NCBI GenBank assembly: GCA_973895155.1
Contig: OZ316891.1
Location: forward strand, 7,935,775-7,999,774
Direction: 5' to 3'
DNA: 64,000 nt
DNA from: Marsupella aquatica
Lineage: Eukaryota > Plantae > Marchantiophyta
Part shown: one piece after another, positions 48,201-60,500 of the stretch
Layout: the number at the start of each line of letters is the position of its first letter
Position numbering within the stretch: the stretch's first letter is position 1
Made by a program: the position numbers and the translations under genes
The notes under the pieces: generated by a model
Told to the model about the DNA's origin: nothing
Seen by the model: only the letters and a program-made list of their open reading frames with translations
Database searches by the model: none

Positions 48201-50708
48201 GCGACTTCTGCGCTAATAATTTCACCAAAGATGACATCATCGTAGTAGAAGATGAGGACGGTTTGGAGTGGGAATGTGTGTACCTTCATCACAAGCACGG
48301 TCTCAGTGGTGGATGGCGTGGCTTCTCTATAGACCATGAGCTGGAAGATGGCGATGCAGTAGTATTTGAGCTTGTTAAATCAACCCGCTTTAAGGTAGGC
48401 TTTACTCTTTGGAATGAAGGATATTTTAATGTGTTGCAGTGTCCATTAATAGTAAGGTTGATCCCCATTCTGCTTACCATGAACCAGCTCTTTCAGAAGT
48501 CAGCCTTCCTGTCAAGCAGATGTGTTCAGTCTGTTGGACTAGTCAATCTAAAATCAATATTTATGAGAAAACCCTTTGTGGACCCTCGTTGTTCTTTACA
48601 CTTTTTGAGATTCTGTCCGTTCCATTGAAATGAAGCCACGAATTCGATGTAGACGGGTAAGCTATGTTCATAATCATGGGAACTCGCTAATCGAGGTATT
48701 CATAATCTACTTTGTCCCGCTCAAAAGATCCTTGATCTGTGTGTGATTACAATAGGGCTGTATTTCAGTTATCTGTCACGGGTCATTTGAACTTACTCTT
48801 GGACAATAAATGCGAAGATTTAAAGCTTAAATTTTCTTCACATTTTACTCACTGTGTCGTGAAACAGCCTTTTCGGTTCGTACTTCACTCTAGATTCCAC
48901 GTCGTTTGTGCTTCGTTCCACACGTTGCAAGTCCCTGCCGTTGGGACTTCCAAGCATGCTCATTTTTCTGGACAACCTGTGAAAGGTTCCTGTAAACTGT
49001 GTAGATTGCTGCTTCGACAGCTCCAACAAATTTTGGCCAATAATCCTTCTGAACTTTCCTACTCCCGTATAGAAAAACTCGATGCAAGTTGTGTACGTAT
49101 TATACAGTAAGGACTTCGCTGAACCTGAAAGATGTGGACATGCTTCTGCGTCATTTGAAACCAGAGTAACATGTATCTTGGTACTGACCAAGGGCTATCC
49201 CCAATATAATCTACTGGATTGAAGTTCGTAGTGGAAAATTTGATTTCACTGAAAGTTGGGAAGGTAGCATGTCTGTAGAAAAAAGGCCTATTCTAATACA
49301 GCAACTAGTGATATGTGAGATTCTTCCAGTAGTGTGATAACTTAAAATTGAGAAGTAAATTTGTTCTTTGGCGAAATATTTTAGCCAGTGCATGCTTCTG
49401 TGGTCTGTAAGATAGAACACAAGGATACGAGGCCTGCGCATTATCTCAAAATATGTACGAGTTTCAATATGTACGGTCATGCTACTACATAAGGTAGGTT
49501 GTGAGTTAAGAGCTTCTGAATAGTCGTGCAATGTCTCGCAGGAGGCCCAAGAAAGCCTTGATTGTCGCAGTGGACATGTCTTTCACCTAGTCTAGGAAGC
49601 TGGTGGTCAGATGCTGAAAGCGCAGGCCTTGTCCCAAATCTGGGAATCTAGCAACTTTATCTTCAAAGCTGAAAAGGTTCGGACCCGTAGCTTAAGGGGA
49701 TATCGCTGGCATTAAGGGCTTGCCCAAAACTCTGAGTTTTCAACGAATTGCTTTATTTGATAAATACATGTTGTTGTGTAGGTTTACATCACAAGAGCTG
49801 CTGTTTCCGAAGAACCTTCCAGTAAGAAGACAACTGGAGTGGTCAAGAGAAGAGACTACCAATACGTTCTTAGGGATTCCAAAAATGTGCACGTACATTC
49901 AGTGTTACACAAGGCCCTTAAAATCGAGAAAGGCGATCAGTTTGATGGTAGAGTATGTAAACGATCTAAACCTGCCCAACCAGTGAAGAGAAGTGTTAGG
50001 AGTCGATACGATTGGAGTTCTGATGAGAGCGAAGAGTTGGAGGATATTCTTGGTGACACATCAGACGATGAAATCGATGCTACAAATGGGAGTGTAGAAG
50101 ATTCTGATGAGGAGGATGCTGTGCAGTCATCTGAGGAAGATGCTTTGCAGTCGTCTGACGAAGATGCTGAAGATGTTGAGCAGTCATCTGATGATGTTGA
50201 AGTCCAGCCTGCCAGAAAGATGAAGAAGATTTCCAGGCCTACAAAGCGACCAATGAGGTCAAAGCAAGAGTCTCCATATATTAATTTAGATGACTCTCAT
50301 GAGGAAGAGTCTGAGCAGGAAGATGCCATCCAGCCCACCAAAGATCTGAAGGAGAAGATTCGAAAGACTACAACTAGACCGGTAAAGTCAAAGCAGCAGC
50401 CGAAAGCAAAAACTGAACTCAAATCACGACAGGTCACCCCTGGCAGGCATGAAAGCTCAAGGGCTTCGGTGAAGGTAGCCAAGAAAGAAACGTCTGTTCG
50501 AAGAACTGACCGCAAAACTGATATACAGAAGGTCAGAGAGGAGATAGCTGCTCGTCGAATTGAGCAGAAATGCAATCTGCCGCCTGGCGCACGGCTGAAA
50601 CCGTATGGTGTCTGTAGCATTGCTAGAGGATCCGGAAAGAGAAAGCTACCAGCAATTGCAAGGAAGTTTAGCTTTCTCAGTGGTCCAAAGTCTGTCAAGG
50701 TACACTAG
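45210..50708 (+). CDS. B3-domain (REM/VRN1-like) protein; 6 coding exons, ~512 aa, with a long acidic/basic C-terminal tail
   Basis: Exons 45210-45287, 46752-46811, 46905-46994, 47926-48105, 48191-48394 and 49782-50708, all phase 0. N-terminal motifs are YEEERKRIIEENKRRMEELGL and RRSSRAASRPKVDYRE. The B3 domain reads PSFVKAMLKSHTSGGFWLGLPSDFC..GLSGGWRGFSIDHELEDGDAVVFELVKSTRFKVYITRA. Intron 1 needs a GC donor. Confidence 0.92.
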
Positions 50709-50869
50709 AATCACTCATTCACGTCGGCTCACGATAATCTGTTGATATGTAGGCTAGATTTTTTGTACTTCAGCAGGCGTGTGCTCACTGGAATGGCTAC
50801 CAGAAGTAGGGTTTGAACTGCTGGTGTACTTCCTCGATCAAGAATTGCTCCGGTTTCTTTGAAGTCTTA

Positions 50870-53800
50870 TACTTCACCACTTGCCTCTCGCCTCCCTCAG
50901 AGTCATAACAAACTGTTGAAGTTGTACAGGGTGCCCCCCTACGCCTCCTGAGTAGTATTTTGTAAATGTAGTTTGGTCCATTCCATGGTTATGGGCAGTC
51001 CCAAAGAAACATTTGTCTGGGTTGCGGTATGTATGCATATCAGGGTCAGTGTACACGTACCTGCAAAATGAATTGTGCAAATCTTCATATGATTGTCCTG
51101 GCTCGTCAGCCTGGCTAGGATAAAGAACTTTGAATCTGTGTGCATCGATGGCCACATACTGTCCATTGGGCATCCTGGGTGCATTGAGTGGCAGTCCAAT
51201 GGCTTGGATAAGTTTATGCAGGATGCTTCGTCAGATACAACCCACTTTAGTTGAATGGTTGGTCCTTGAACTGAGATATCTGTCATCAATCTCAAAGTGA
51301 TCAATTTCCAAGCCCAGTCACACAATGGTGGCAACCCCATTCCAAAATCTCTCCAAAGTTCTGAGTTCTCAGACTTGGCAAAGATGAAAAGCTCCAGAAA
51401 TAAATCACGTAATGTGTGAAATTGATGGAGAGATGGTGTTTTTCAGAAGGGTAGTTGCATCTTGTTTTTGTCTTGAAAAACTAGCTGAAATTCATTCAAA
51501 AAGCCAGCGCATGACATGGGTGGCCCACAAAAGGGGGTTGGTACCCGGGGGGGACCAAAGATTGTGGCGCCCTAGGAACTGGAGAGGTGCACCAGGCAAG
51601 AAGCAGACCCAGCATTAAGGGAGCCATACACGAAATTTAAGTAATGCAGAAGGAGCAGCAAAACTCCAAAGATCGACCAGTGGAGAGGTACTGGCGGGAC
51701 CAAAAAGTGTGTCCGTGATAAAGCAAAACAATATTGATCTAGCCTGCAGTGTAGCTTCATCACCTAACACAGACTCTAAATCATGGGGGCGGGGAGGCAC
51801 CGGTGGTACTTGTAGGATATCCTGAGGAATTCCTACAGTCCAGCCCAAGATCCGTAGTTGAGAGCCATGTAATTGACAGCATCACCAAAAGAGGATTTCC
51901 CACTCCGAATTTTTAAACGTTGTTTGGCCCAGTCTCTTATGATGACAGCAATGTCACACAAACGAGTGTGCTCAATGAAATGTGAACTCCTGTACTTCCA
52001 GAGAATTGAAGAACAATGTTATGGAAAAGTTTCAAAGGTGTGTTCCAAACATCCGGGACCAAGGGGGGCACCCACAAAGATGTCGGCCGGTTGAAGATGA
52101 ATGGTTATGCTCCTTGTGGAGGATGTACTTTGTCGAATGAATTGTACCCAATGCCAGACAGAAGAACTGCATCTCATTTAGAGTGGGTAACATACAGGTC
52201 AGGTCATGTGTGAGGTCAAGGTATGTAGACACCGTGCATCATGGATCTGCCATAATAGTGTCTTGCTCATCCGGTATCGCCAAATGTTTATCGGTATACA
52301 CAAAATTGTCGGCAGTGCCACCTTCTAAAACGTTTGAATGTTGGTATACATAAATTTGTCAGCAAAATAATTCTTCCAAATTAGTTAGTGGTCTGCATTC
52401 TATTTTGATAATGTTACATATTTGTTTATAAAAATGAATAATTATATATGTCATGGGTGATAATGTATGACAAGTTGTGGTACAACAGAACTAATTAGTT
52501 CGTGGACCCCTAGCTCTTTTGTCTAGGTTGTTTTCAATGTTAAGATTGAAATGTAGTTGATTAGCTTGTTTGTTTTTATTTTAAGTTAGGAGATTAATTA
52601 AACCAAAACATTTAATACATCATAGTGTTCGGTAAACATATTTGCCACTACATGAAAAAAGCAATGTTTTGTATTTCTTCCACTCATTCACATGGGGTTG
52701 AACTTGCGATTTGATGTAGTGGCTTCGGTTACGTTGAGTCGTCTGGCTCGATCTGGGCGGGCACGTCAGTTAGCAGCTCCTGGTCGCTGCCCCTTCTAAG
52801 TCTATCAACGAGGGAGAGAGGTTGTTGTTGCGTTATCCCTACCAGCATTCAACTGGCATCTAAGTCATGTCTCAGTCTCATGCGTTGCTCCAAGTGAGCT
52901 CCTTTAGTGACCTCGATGTACTCGTAGTACATCCCGTCCTTGTAAGTCAGTTGGTCCTCCTCAAAAGGAGCCAGGTGCCATGCCATGTATCTTAGGATTT
53001 CCTTCATGACACCTACATTGGATTTCATCATTGAGTTAGTGATTAATGTGCACATGAGATAGTTTGAGATGAATGGGACTTGCCTTGTTGCTTTTTTTGG
53101 TCAATATCTGCTACTTGAACACGACAAATGGGTAAGTGGAACACTATGAAGCCGGGCGGTGAGAGGGTTTCCAACAATTATGCGCATCAATGTTCAGTTT
53201 GTGACTCTACTCAACAAGACGTAGACAAGCCCAGGTGTGAATGCACTATTTATCTTTAACATACCTTGCCTGCTACCATGCAACCTTGGCTTTTGTGACC
53301 TGTTTCAGAATGGGTTGGATGAGCAGTCCTTGTCCTGATGTGTCTTGTGTAGCCTTGTGGAGATGCAATGCAACAATTTGGGTGTCAACATGCTTGCCTC
53401 ATCTATGATGAACACATCGTTGTTTCTCAAGATGTGGTAGTGGGGGCTAGTGATGTGTAGAGGTCGAAGCTCTCCGTGTATTGGAATGTTGAACAAGGGA
53501 TGCATTGTCACGGTGTTGGCGTGAAGGTTATGGCAGTTGCGCCTGTGGTGGCACACATTTTCACTGCCCTCCCTTTCAATCTCCAGTATTTGTCTTAAAT
53601 TGGATTGTCGTCAATCATAACCTCGTTGGATGTCCTTGAGGGCCTCAAACACTTTGTTTTGATCTGTAGTCAAGTCAACGATCAGGAGAGTTCTGTTGTG
53701 GAGGACCGTGTCCATCGGTTTGGGTACAGTGATAGTAGGAACCGTTTGGAATATGGTCACGTCGTTGAAAATTTTGAGAGGAAGCTTCTTATTCAGCTCC

Positions 53801-55688
53801 TATAGCAGGTGGGATGTGTGGTGGGTGGAGTAGAAGTGTGATGTGCCATACTCAAGAACCAATTTGTGTATGTAGACGTCGACACTGTTTATCAACTTGT
53901 GGTGTATGCACTTGTGCAAGTAGCTCCATGTGTCACTTCTGGACCTGAGGAGAATTTTGCCTTATGCATTGAATCTCACAACCTTCAAGAGGTAGTTGTA
54001 GAAGAAGCCGTTTATCTTATATACTGGGTGGTACTCTGAGAATCTCATGAGTTGATCCGTCTGACACACAAAGTTGCCTTGCAGGTCCTTGCAGACATAG
54101 ATTTTGCTAGTCTTTTTCTTACGGGTTACCACCTCGTGGTTCATGAAATAGTCATGGAAGGACATTGCAAACATTGCCTTGAGTCGTTGCATGTAGAGTC
54201 TGGTGGGATGGAAAGATATCCTGGAGGACTTACAAAGATGGCGGACCGATTCGTGCACTCTCATGTGCGTTGTGTGAGTTTAGCAGTTGATGGGCCCAAA
54301 CTCACACCAATCTGTGGAAAACATCTTCCTTTATCAAACCCTGGACAGCAGTTATCCTGCCTCCCGCTGCTCCACTTCTATTGATTGATGACCTCTCCGT
54401 CGTGCATCTAACCATTGCACTCCCTACAATGTCACACTTCATCTAGCTTCACAATCAACATATTGACATAGACCGAGGGTCAACTTTGTTCCAGTAGCAC
54501 TGCCAGTTAATGAACCAATGGTGACTCCTTCAAATTGCCCTATAGTATCAGCAATGAAGATGCACAAAGAGAATTCACAAGTGGACCATTGAGAACAAGT
54601 GACATTGCGGAATTACGAGACTACGGTAAATTTCTACCTTGCCGCTAAGCAATGCTGCTAGATTAAAGAGACAAATGACAGAATGAGGGATTGAGAGTTC
54701 TTACATTAATTGAGCATCTAATATATTATGGTCATCCCTGCTACATATTCCATCATTTCATCTAACTCCAAGTATATTTATATTATCTTTAAGCCATGGA
54801 TGTTGTAATTGGTTGGAAATGGATTTGAGTAATTCTTGGTTTCCCTGGTTCCCTAATATGTATCAATTCGATTGTATATATTACCAAATTGCCAAAACAG
54901 ATTGAATTTCAATTTTTTTAGTCCATTCCACTATTTGCAGACTTTGCTTGACCTGCCTCACTAGTTCTTCACCTTACCGCAATTGTTGCTCTAAAAGTAG
55001 CTTCCCCGAGTATTGCTTTTGCACTTTTGACGAGTGTTGGCCGAGTAGTTGAAGGTTCCTTGAATGTTATCGCCCATGTGTGTCAGTGACTCCCTAGTAC
55101 TCAATGATTCCATGACACTGGCGACCTTTCTCTCTCAGTCTCTATGGACATACCAATGGAAATGTCTTTACTTTGATGCATTTTGAGTGCATCCCAGAGT
55201 ACTTATGAGATCCCTCTGATACCATGGAGGACACCCTCAGGCACATTTTTGCTGACTTAGACAGTCAGTTGTTTACAGTTGCCTTGGTAAGTTTGGCAAC
55301 CATTTAATTGTCAAACATTGACATTGTCCAATTTTTTCATTATTTATTTATTTGGAATGATTTATCTCATGTTTACAATAAGAACAAAAGCAAGTAAAAT
55401 GATTATCAAGAAAGGTTTTACCTTGATGTCATTGTATTGCGCTTTGTATGTGAATTTTTTTCACATTCTTTTTTATGGCAAGGCGTCACAATTTTTACGT
55501 AGAACTTGCACAAACATGAAAGCACCGGTTCTTTTTATTTGGAAACAAGTCTCTTCTTGTTCGCAGCATGCCACGATGATGTGACGCAATGTGGAGTCTT
55601 GAATTTTGGACAGGACCCTTGAAGCAAAAATATTAATCATTGTAACATCATTTGATTTTAGAGTGTGATTAAAAGAATAAAGTATAGA
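50870..55688 (-). mobile_element. Decayed Helitron-like element carrying Pif1 helicase remnants and unknown ORF relics; boundaries uncertain
   Basis: Pif1 motifs lie on the - strand at ~53.2-53.7 kb, and further decayed - strand ORFs at 50.9-53.1 kb. A possible Helitron 5' end A|TCTATACT sits at 55688, next to an extremely AT-rich tract. No clear 3' hairpin-CTAG was found. Confidence 0.6.
53170..54264 (-). pseudogene. Disrupted RepHel/Pif1-family helicase ORF
   Basis: Motifs occur in order: FFYNYLLKVVRF..SYLHKC, LTTDQNKVFEAL (pre-Walker A), VKMCATTGATA (Ia), TMHPLFNIP (Ib), VFIIDEASML (II), GHKSQG (V) and AFTPGLVYVLLSRV (VI). Walker A and motifs III-IV are missing, and stops and frameshifts are present. 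Confidence 0.85.
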
Positions 55689-55880
55689 TTATTGTAATAA
55701 TTATTTTATCAAATATTTAAATCGTAATATTTAATTAGAAAATTTAAATTTTAATATTATTTTATATAATTACATCATTAATTAAATTATATATTTATTT
55801 TAATATAAATTTTAAAATTGTATTAATCAGATTTTAAAAATTATAAATATATTTTTTCACTTCTGTAGAAAATAATAAAT
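55689..55880. other. Extremely AT-rich low-complexity tract
   Basis: About 190 bp that are almost entirely A/T. Confidence 0.85.
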
Positions 55881-55939
55881 ATGTTCACTAATGAGCCGGA
55901 CATATTAATTTTGACGTACAAGACATTTTTCAGTTCGTC

Positions 55940-56063
55940 CTCACCTCCTTGTAACCTTTGCAAAAACGTTCGGCCTTGTTGCTCAATTCTTTCTTTGCAA
56001 CTCACCTCCTTCGTAACCTTTGCAAAAACGTTCGGGCTTGTTGCTCAATTCTTTCTTTGCAAC
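55940..56063. repeat. ~62-bp near-perfect tandem duplication
   Basis: ctcacctcctt(c)gtaacctttgcaaaaacgttcgg.cttgttgctcaattctttctttgcaa starts at 55940 and again at 56001. Confidence 0.9.
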
Positions 56064-57575
56064 GCGTGCTCGGTAGTGCCCTCGGTACTGTACTTGTGGA
56101 GTGTTCCTGTGTTCTGCATTGCGCCCTGCCAAGAATCGAAATGATTTAAAATCCTCTGTAATGATGATTGCAAGATCGAGAATTCCAAAACGGTACAACC
56201 AAGATCGATCATTCTTCATGATGAGACATTTATTGGTGGACAAGAAAATGAAAGAACAGAAGACGGGACGGCAGAATGATGAGGGATCATCGTTGTTTCG
56301 CCTTCTGACCCCGAGCCCTTTCAAATCCTGACGACGGTTTCATTGCATGGCAGAGGGACATCGAACAAGACTGGTGTAGAGCTATCAGCTTCGGTGAGAG
56401 AGGAGGAACACGAATCATTCTCTGGAAATGTCATAACTCAAGAAATTCAAGATGGAAGTGGGAAGATCAGCCACTCACTATTCAACGGCCTCACAGCTCG
56501 ACCCCCTTCTGCTAACATGCAAGAAAGAAATAACGAACGACTAAAAGATTGCTGCGGACGACACTGTCATTGGTACCTTGATGATCTATGGAGATTGTTG
56601 GTAAATTCCATCGGGGCAGACTGTCCACGGTAGAGACAGTAGTAGTAGTCCAATTAACTCGCGGTCACCAAATTAAGTGTTTCTGTGGGAGTATCCTGTC
56701 GACACCGACACGCATGCGAGACTGCAACTTCTGGAGGTTCAGCGAAATAGAGAGTAGTAATTGGCTAACAAGAACTTGAAGGAGTCGGAAAGCCAGGCGA
56801 ATCAGATCGAGGTTTCTTGATGCTCACATGCATGCATGATGACTTGATGAGCGAGCGAGCGAGGGAGGAAGACGATCAAGGAATCCTTAATTAAAGTACC
56901 CTAAATGCCCTCTTGGTCGACCACTTTCGGCACACCGTATCCATCCCTCCAGCGTTGATCCAGGACTGGTGTATGTATGTACACATGTAGCAACATTATT
57001 TGTTGACAATAACGGTTTCCACTCCCCTGCCGGATTCGCGCTACAGTAGGTACTGTAACTTACTGGTCCCCGGCCGTCTCGGTCTGCTGCTCCTCGATCA
57101 GTGCGCACACTGGCCTGGGGCCCTACATTACTGCGAGCAACACGGCCAACTTATCAGAGCACCAGCGACTTAAACTTTCTCCACAGTTTTGTCACCGCAT
57201 CCAGCTTACCGTATGACCAACCTGCCACGAACTTTTGTACCGGACTACCAACGCAACCCGAAGTAACTCGTTCAGTACTGTACAACATTAAGCCGCGCAC
57301 CGCATCGATTCAGATTGAGAACGCATGCAAGCACGGTTCGGCCCCGTGGTCAGTAGGACTGTCTATGCTCGCACATTTCTGAATCCGAGCTCGATTTTAT
57401 TCTGCCCGCCGTTTCATGGCTTTTGATTATTCGGCTCGTTCCCTCCAATAGCTACCTACTCCGGCTCAAGTCGTGATCGACATCGATGGTTGCCTTCACG
57501 CAGTCAGTCCTCTAGAGAAGGGAGAGCGAGGAAGGGAAGGGAAGGGAGACCATCACGAGTTCTGGGCGCAAGATC

Positions 57576-60500
57576 ATGTCTCTCCAGCGCATTATAGCTT
57601 TCACGTTTCTTTGTGCTCTTCTGAATTGCTTACAACAGAAAACTCTGAGACTCGGGGCTGATGCCGCCGTCTCGTTCTTGGACGCATTCCGTCCTTACTG
57701 GGGCGAGGAGAACATCAGATCCATTAACAAAGGACAGACCGTTCAGCTTTCCCTCGACCGAAACTCAGGTACAACGATAAATTTATAATTGTCTAATATT
57801 GTACATGTCCACGTCTACAGTAATCAGACATCGTACCTGAACGTGATTAAGTTAAATGGCACCGAGAGTCGTCACTTTATGACATTGTGACGACACCTAC
57901 AGTAGTCAGAAGTCGTGCCTGCTACCGGCAAGCTCAAACCAGAACCTGCTAACAATACTTCTGTCAAGCAGATGTCACCCTTGCCGTTCCATGCTACTGT
58001 TTCGGTTTACTCAAGGACGTGCAGGTAATATAGTTAAACGATCTTGAATTTACTCACTAACGACCGACCTAAATGTTAGCAAGCTCATACTCAATAGAAT
58101 ACTTCGAGAATAGCATCCAACTGATGTTTATGTAAGTGGTCAGTGGGATTAAGTCGTACCTGCAGGCATTTCAGCAGATCTAGAGATCGTTTGAGAAGAA
58201 CTCCTAGCCCTGGATAAGTTGGATGACTGAGTAAGAGAAGTGTTTTCGAAATCAAGTTGGCAAGACGTTTCCTGCTTCATGGTTCAGAACATAATGCTCC
58301 TGCGTGGCAAATTAGTGCAGAACTCTTCGATACTCTTCAATGCTGTGCTCTGCAGGACTAAGAGTTGACTGAGTTTTCGGTACTGTGTTTTCTTCAAATA
58401 TGAAAGCCTTCGATTGATTGATATTGCAGACATGGATAGACTGTAGGACTGAGAAAGAGCCTTTAGCGCATGGCCAAATGTACTAGCGCACAATTTGCTG
58501 GAAACGTGTAATTTGTAAATTCTATATTTCATCAAGATTATACATCTTCCAGCAAGGTCGAAGTACATTTTCATAGCTTAGTCCTCAAATGATTTCACAT
58601 ATGCATCGACAAATTGCAGGTTTACGTTCTGTCTAGTGCGCATAAATTTATTGGCTCATCCGATGGAATATTATTAGAGGCGGGGCTCAAATAAACCGCC
58701 ATCCAGCACATTCATCGTTCATAAGTATATATAACAAAGTCAGTTAATTATTGTCAGCGCGGAAGATACGGTTCCTAAGATCGATGGAACATTCGTTTGT
58801 TTCCACATTTCACTCTGTTTACTTTTGGCTCCATAGCTTTGCTGAAAGGGATACACTGTTCCTGCAATACATCCAACTCACTACTGTAGTTCAGATTTAT
58901 TTCTCATTTTATGAACAGTGACGTTCTCAACGCATAAGCATGCTAAGACTTTAAGGCTTACTTGTCATACTGCACATAGCAACAGACTTTAATCCTCACT
59001 GCGAAATGGTTGGGAGAATCATTGTAATAAAATGGGGTTGGGAGATCGAATCATCTGTATGCTTAGCACTAACCACTTACGCTATCAAATGAGTTCCAAG
59101 ACATATTTCTACTTGTCTACATATTTCTACTTGTCTGATGTTATGGTTTCCGCTAAAAATGCATGAATGGACCGTGGAATTGAATATTGCAGGAAGTGGT
59201 TTCGTCTCGAACGATCATTATCTGTATGGCTACTTCGGGATGCAAATGAAATTAGTGCCGGGAGACTCCGCCGGTACCCTCACGTCATTTTACGTACGTA
59301 TGATCAAGAATCGACTCATATCAATCATGCCTAATACACATCTTCGTAGAATTCCTGGAGTGTCCGGATCGATGTCGAGCAAATAATACTGTTGATGCAC
59401 TTGACTGCTGCCCATTCACATCATTCTGCTGACTGGTAGCTCAGAGACTGGGCATAACCCGGACAGTACGTAAGACACACAGCAGACGCAGAGGAAATGG
59501 CCATTTCTCTGCGGCTACTGCCTCCACTAGTCCACTCTTGAGCTACTACTTCTTCAATGGCTCACGAACTGCATTAGCACCTCCTCAAATGCTCCTCAAT
59601 TTCATTTCTAAGTTGATTCTTCTTTGATGGCCCATATCGGTCATGCACAACTTGTCGGGCACCTCCAAGCGCCGAGCCTACGTTATTCGTACTCAACCGC
59701 ATACTAGCTAGTGCAGTAGTGCTTCCTCCTCCTGCAGTTGAGTGGCCCACGTCTCTCACCGTCCACGTCTCGCACCTTCCACCACAGTGACTCCCGAAGC
59801 GTTCATTAATTATCTCTCACTACCATGCGATGCAATCCAATCTTGTCTTCTGGTGCTTTTTTTGTTTGCATCAGCAGAGCCTACAGTATTTCTCCACCCC
59901 TGGTTCGCTCCTTTGGCAGCGCATGGTCCCCCATCGGTGTCATCGTCGTCTCAAATCAAATATCCTATGATCTTCTAGCTCAGATCATATCCCCATGCAA
60001 AGAGCTTTTTCCTAGGGTCCTGCCTAACCTGCATGAAGGCTCTTGTTCGTGATTCTTCTTGAAATGGAGATTTTATATGGCTTCTACCTCTGCATCGATC
60101 CGTCCGTCATCCTTGGTTATAAATTACGGTGATTGCTCAATTATTGCAGACTCATGAATACAAGGGGACATAAATATTCACCCCTTGGAACTCTGAAAGT
60201 CCGAAAGATCTACATATAATTGAGTCCCACGACCTTAGCTAGCATAATCATTCGCCGCATCGAAATCCTGAGGCCAACTTTTTCGGACCATTGAAAAGTT
60301 CCAGCTAAAGAGACTGTACTAAAAAGGATAGGTTCGTAAAATTTCGAAGAACGGTAGGCCGTTCATTATTTGGAGCACCGCCATCAACATCTATAGTAGT
60401 GGTCTCGATAGCTGCTCTCGGGAACCGTAAAGATCTGCTGAGACGCTGCTGTGATCTATGATTATGTAGGGGATGAGTCAGCGTGTAGGGCAGATAATCA

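Noticed and set aside
50704-50735. A|CTAG at the B3 stop codon as the 3' end of the Pif1 Helitron
   Set aside because: The adjacent sequence forms no convincing hairpin, and the CTAG is explained by CAC TAG coding.
59480-60060. Short ORFs in XTH intron 2
   Set aside because: Possibly a decayed TE fragment, but there is no identifiable motif or terminus.
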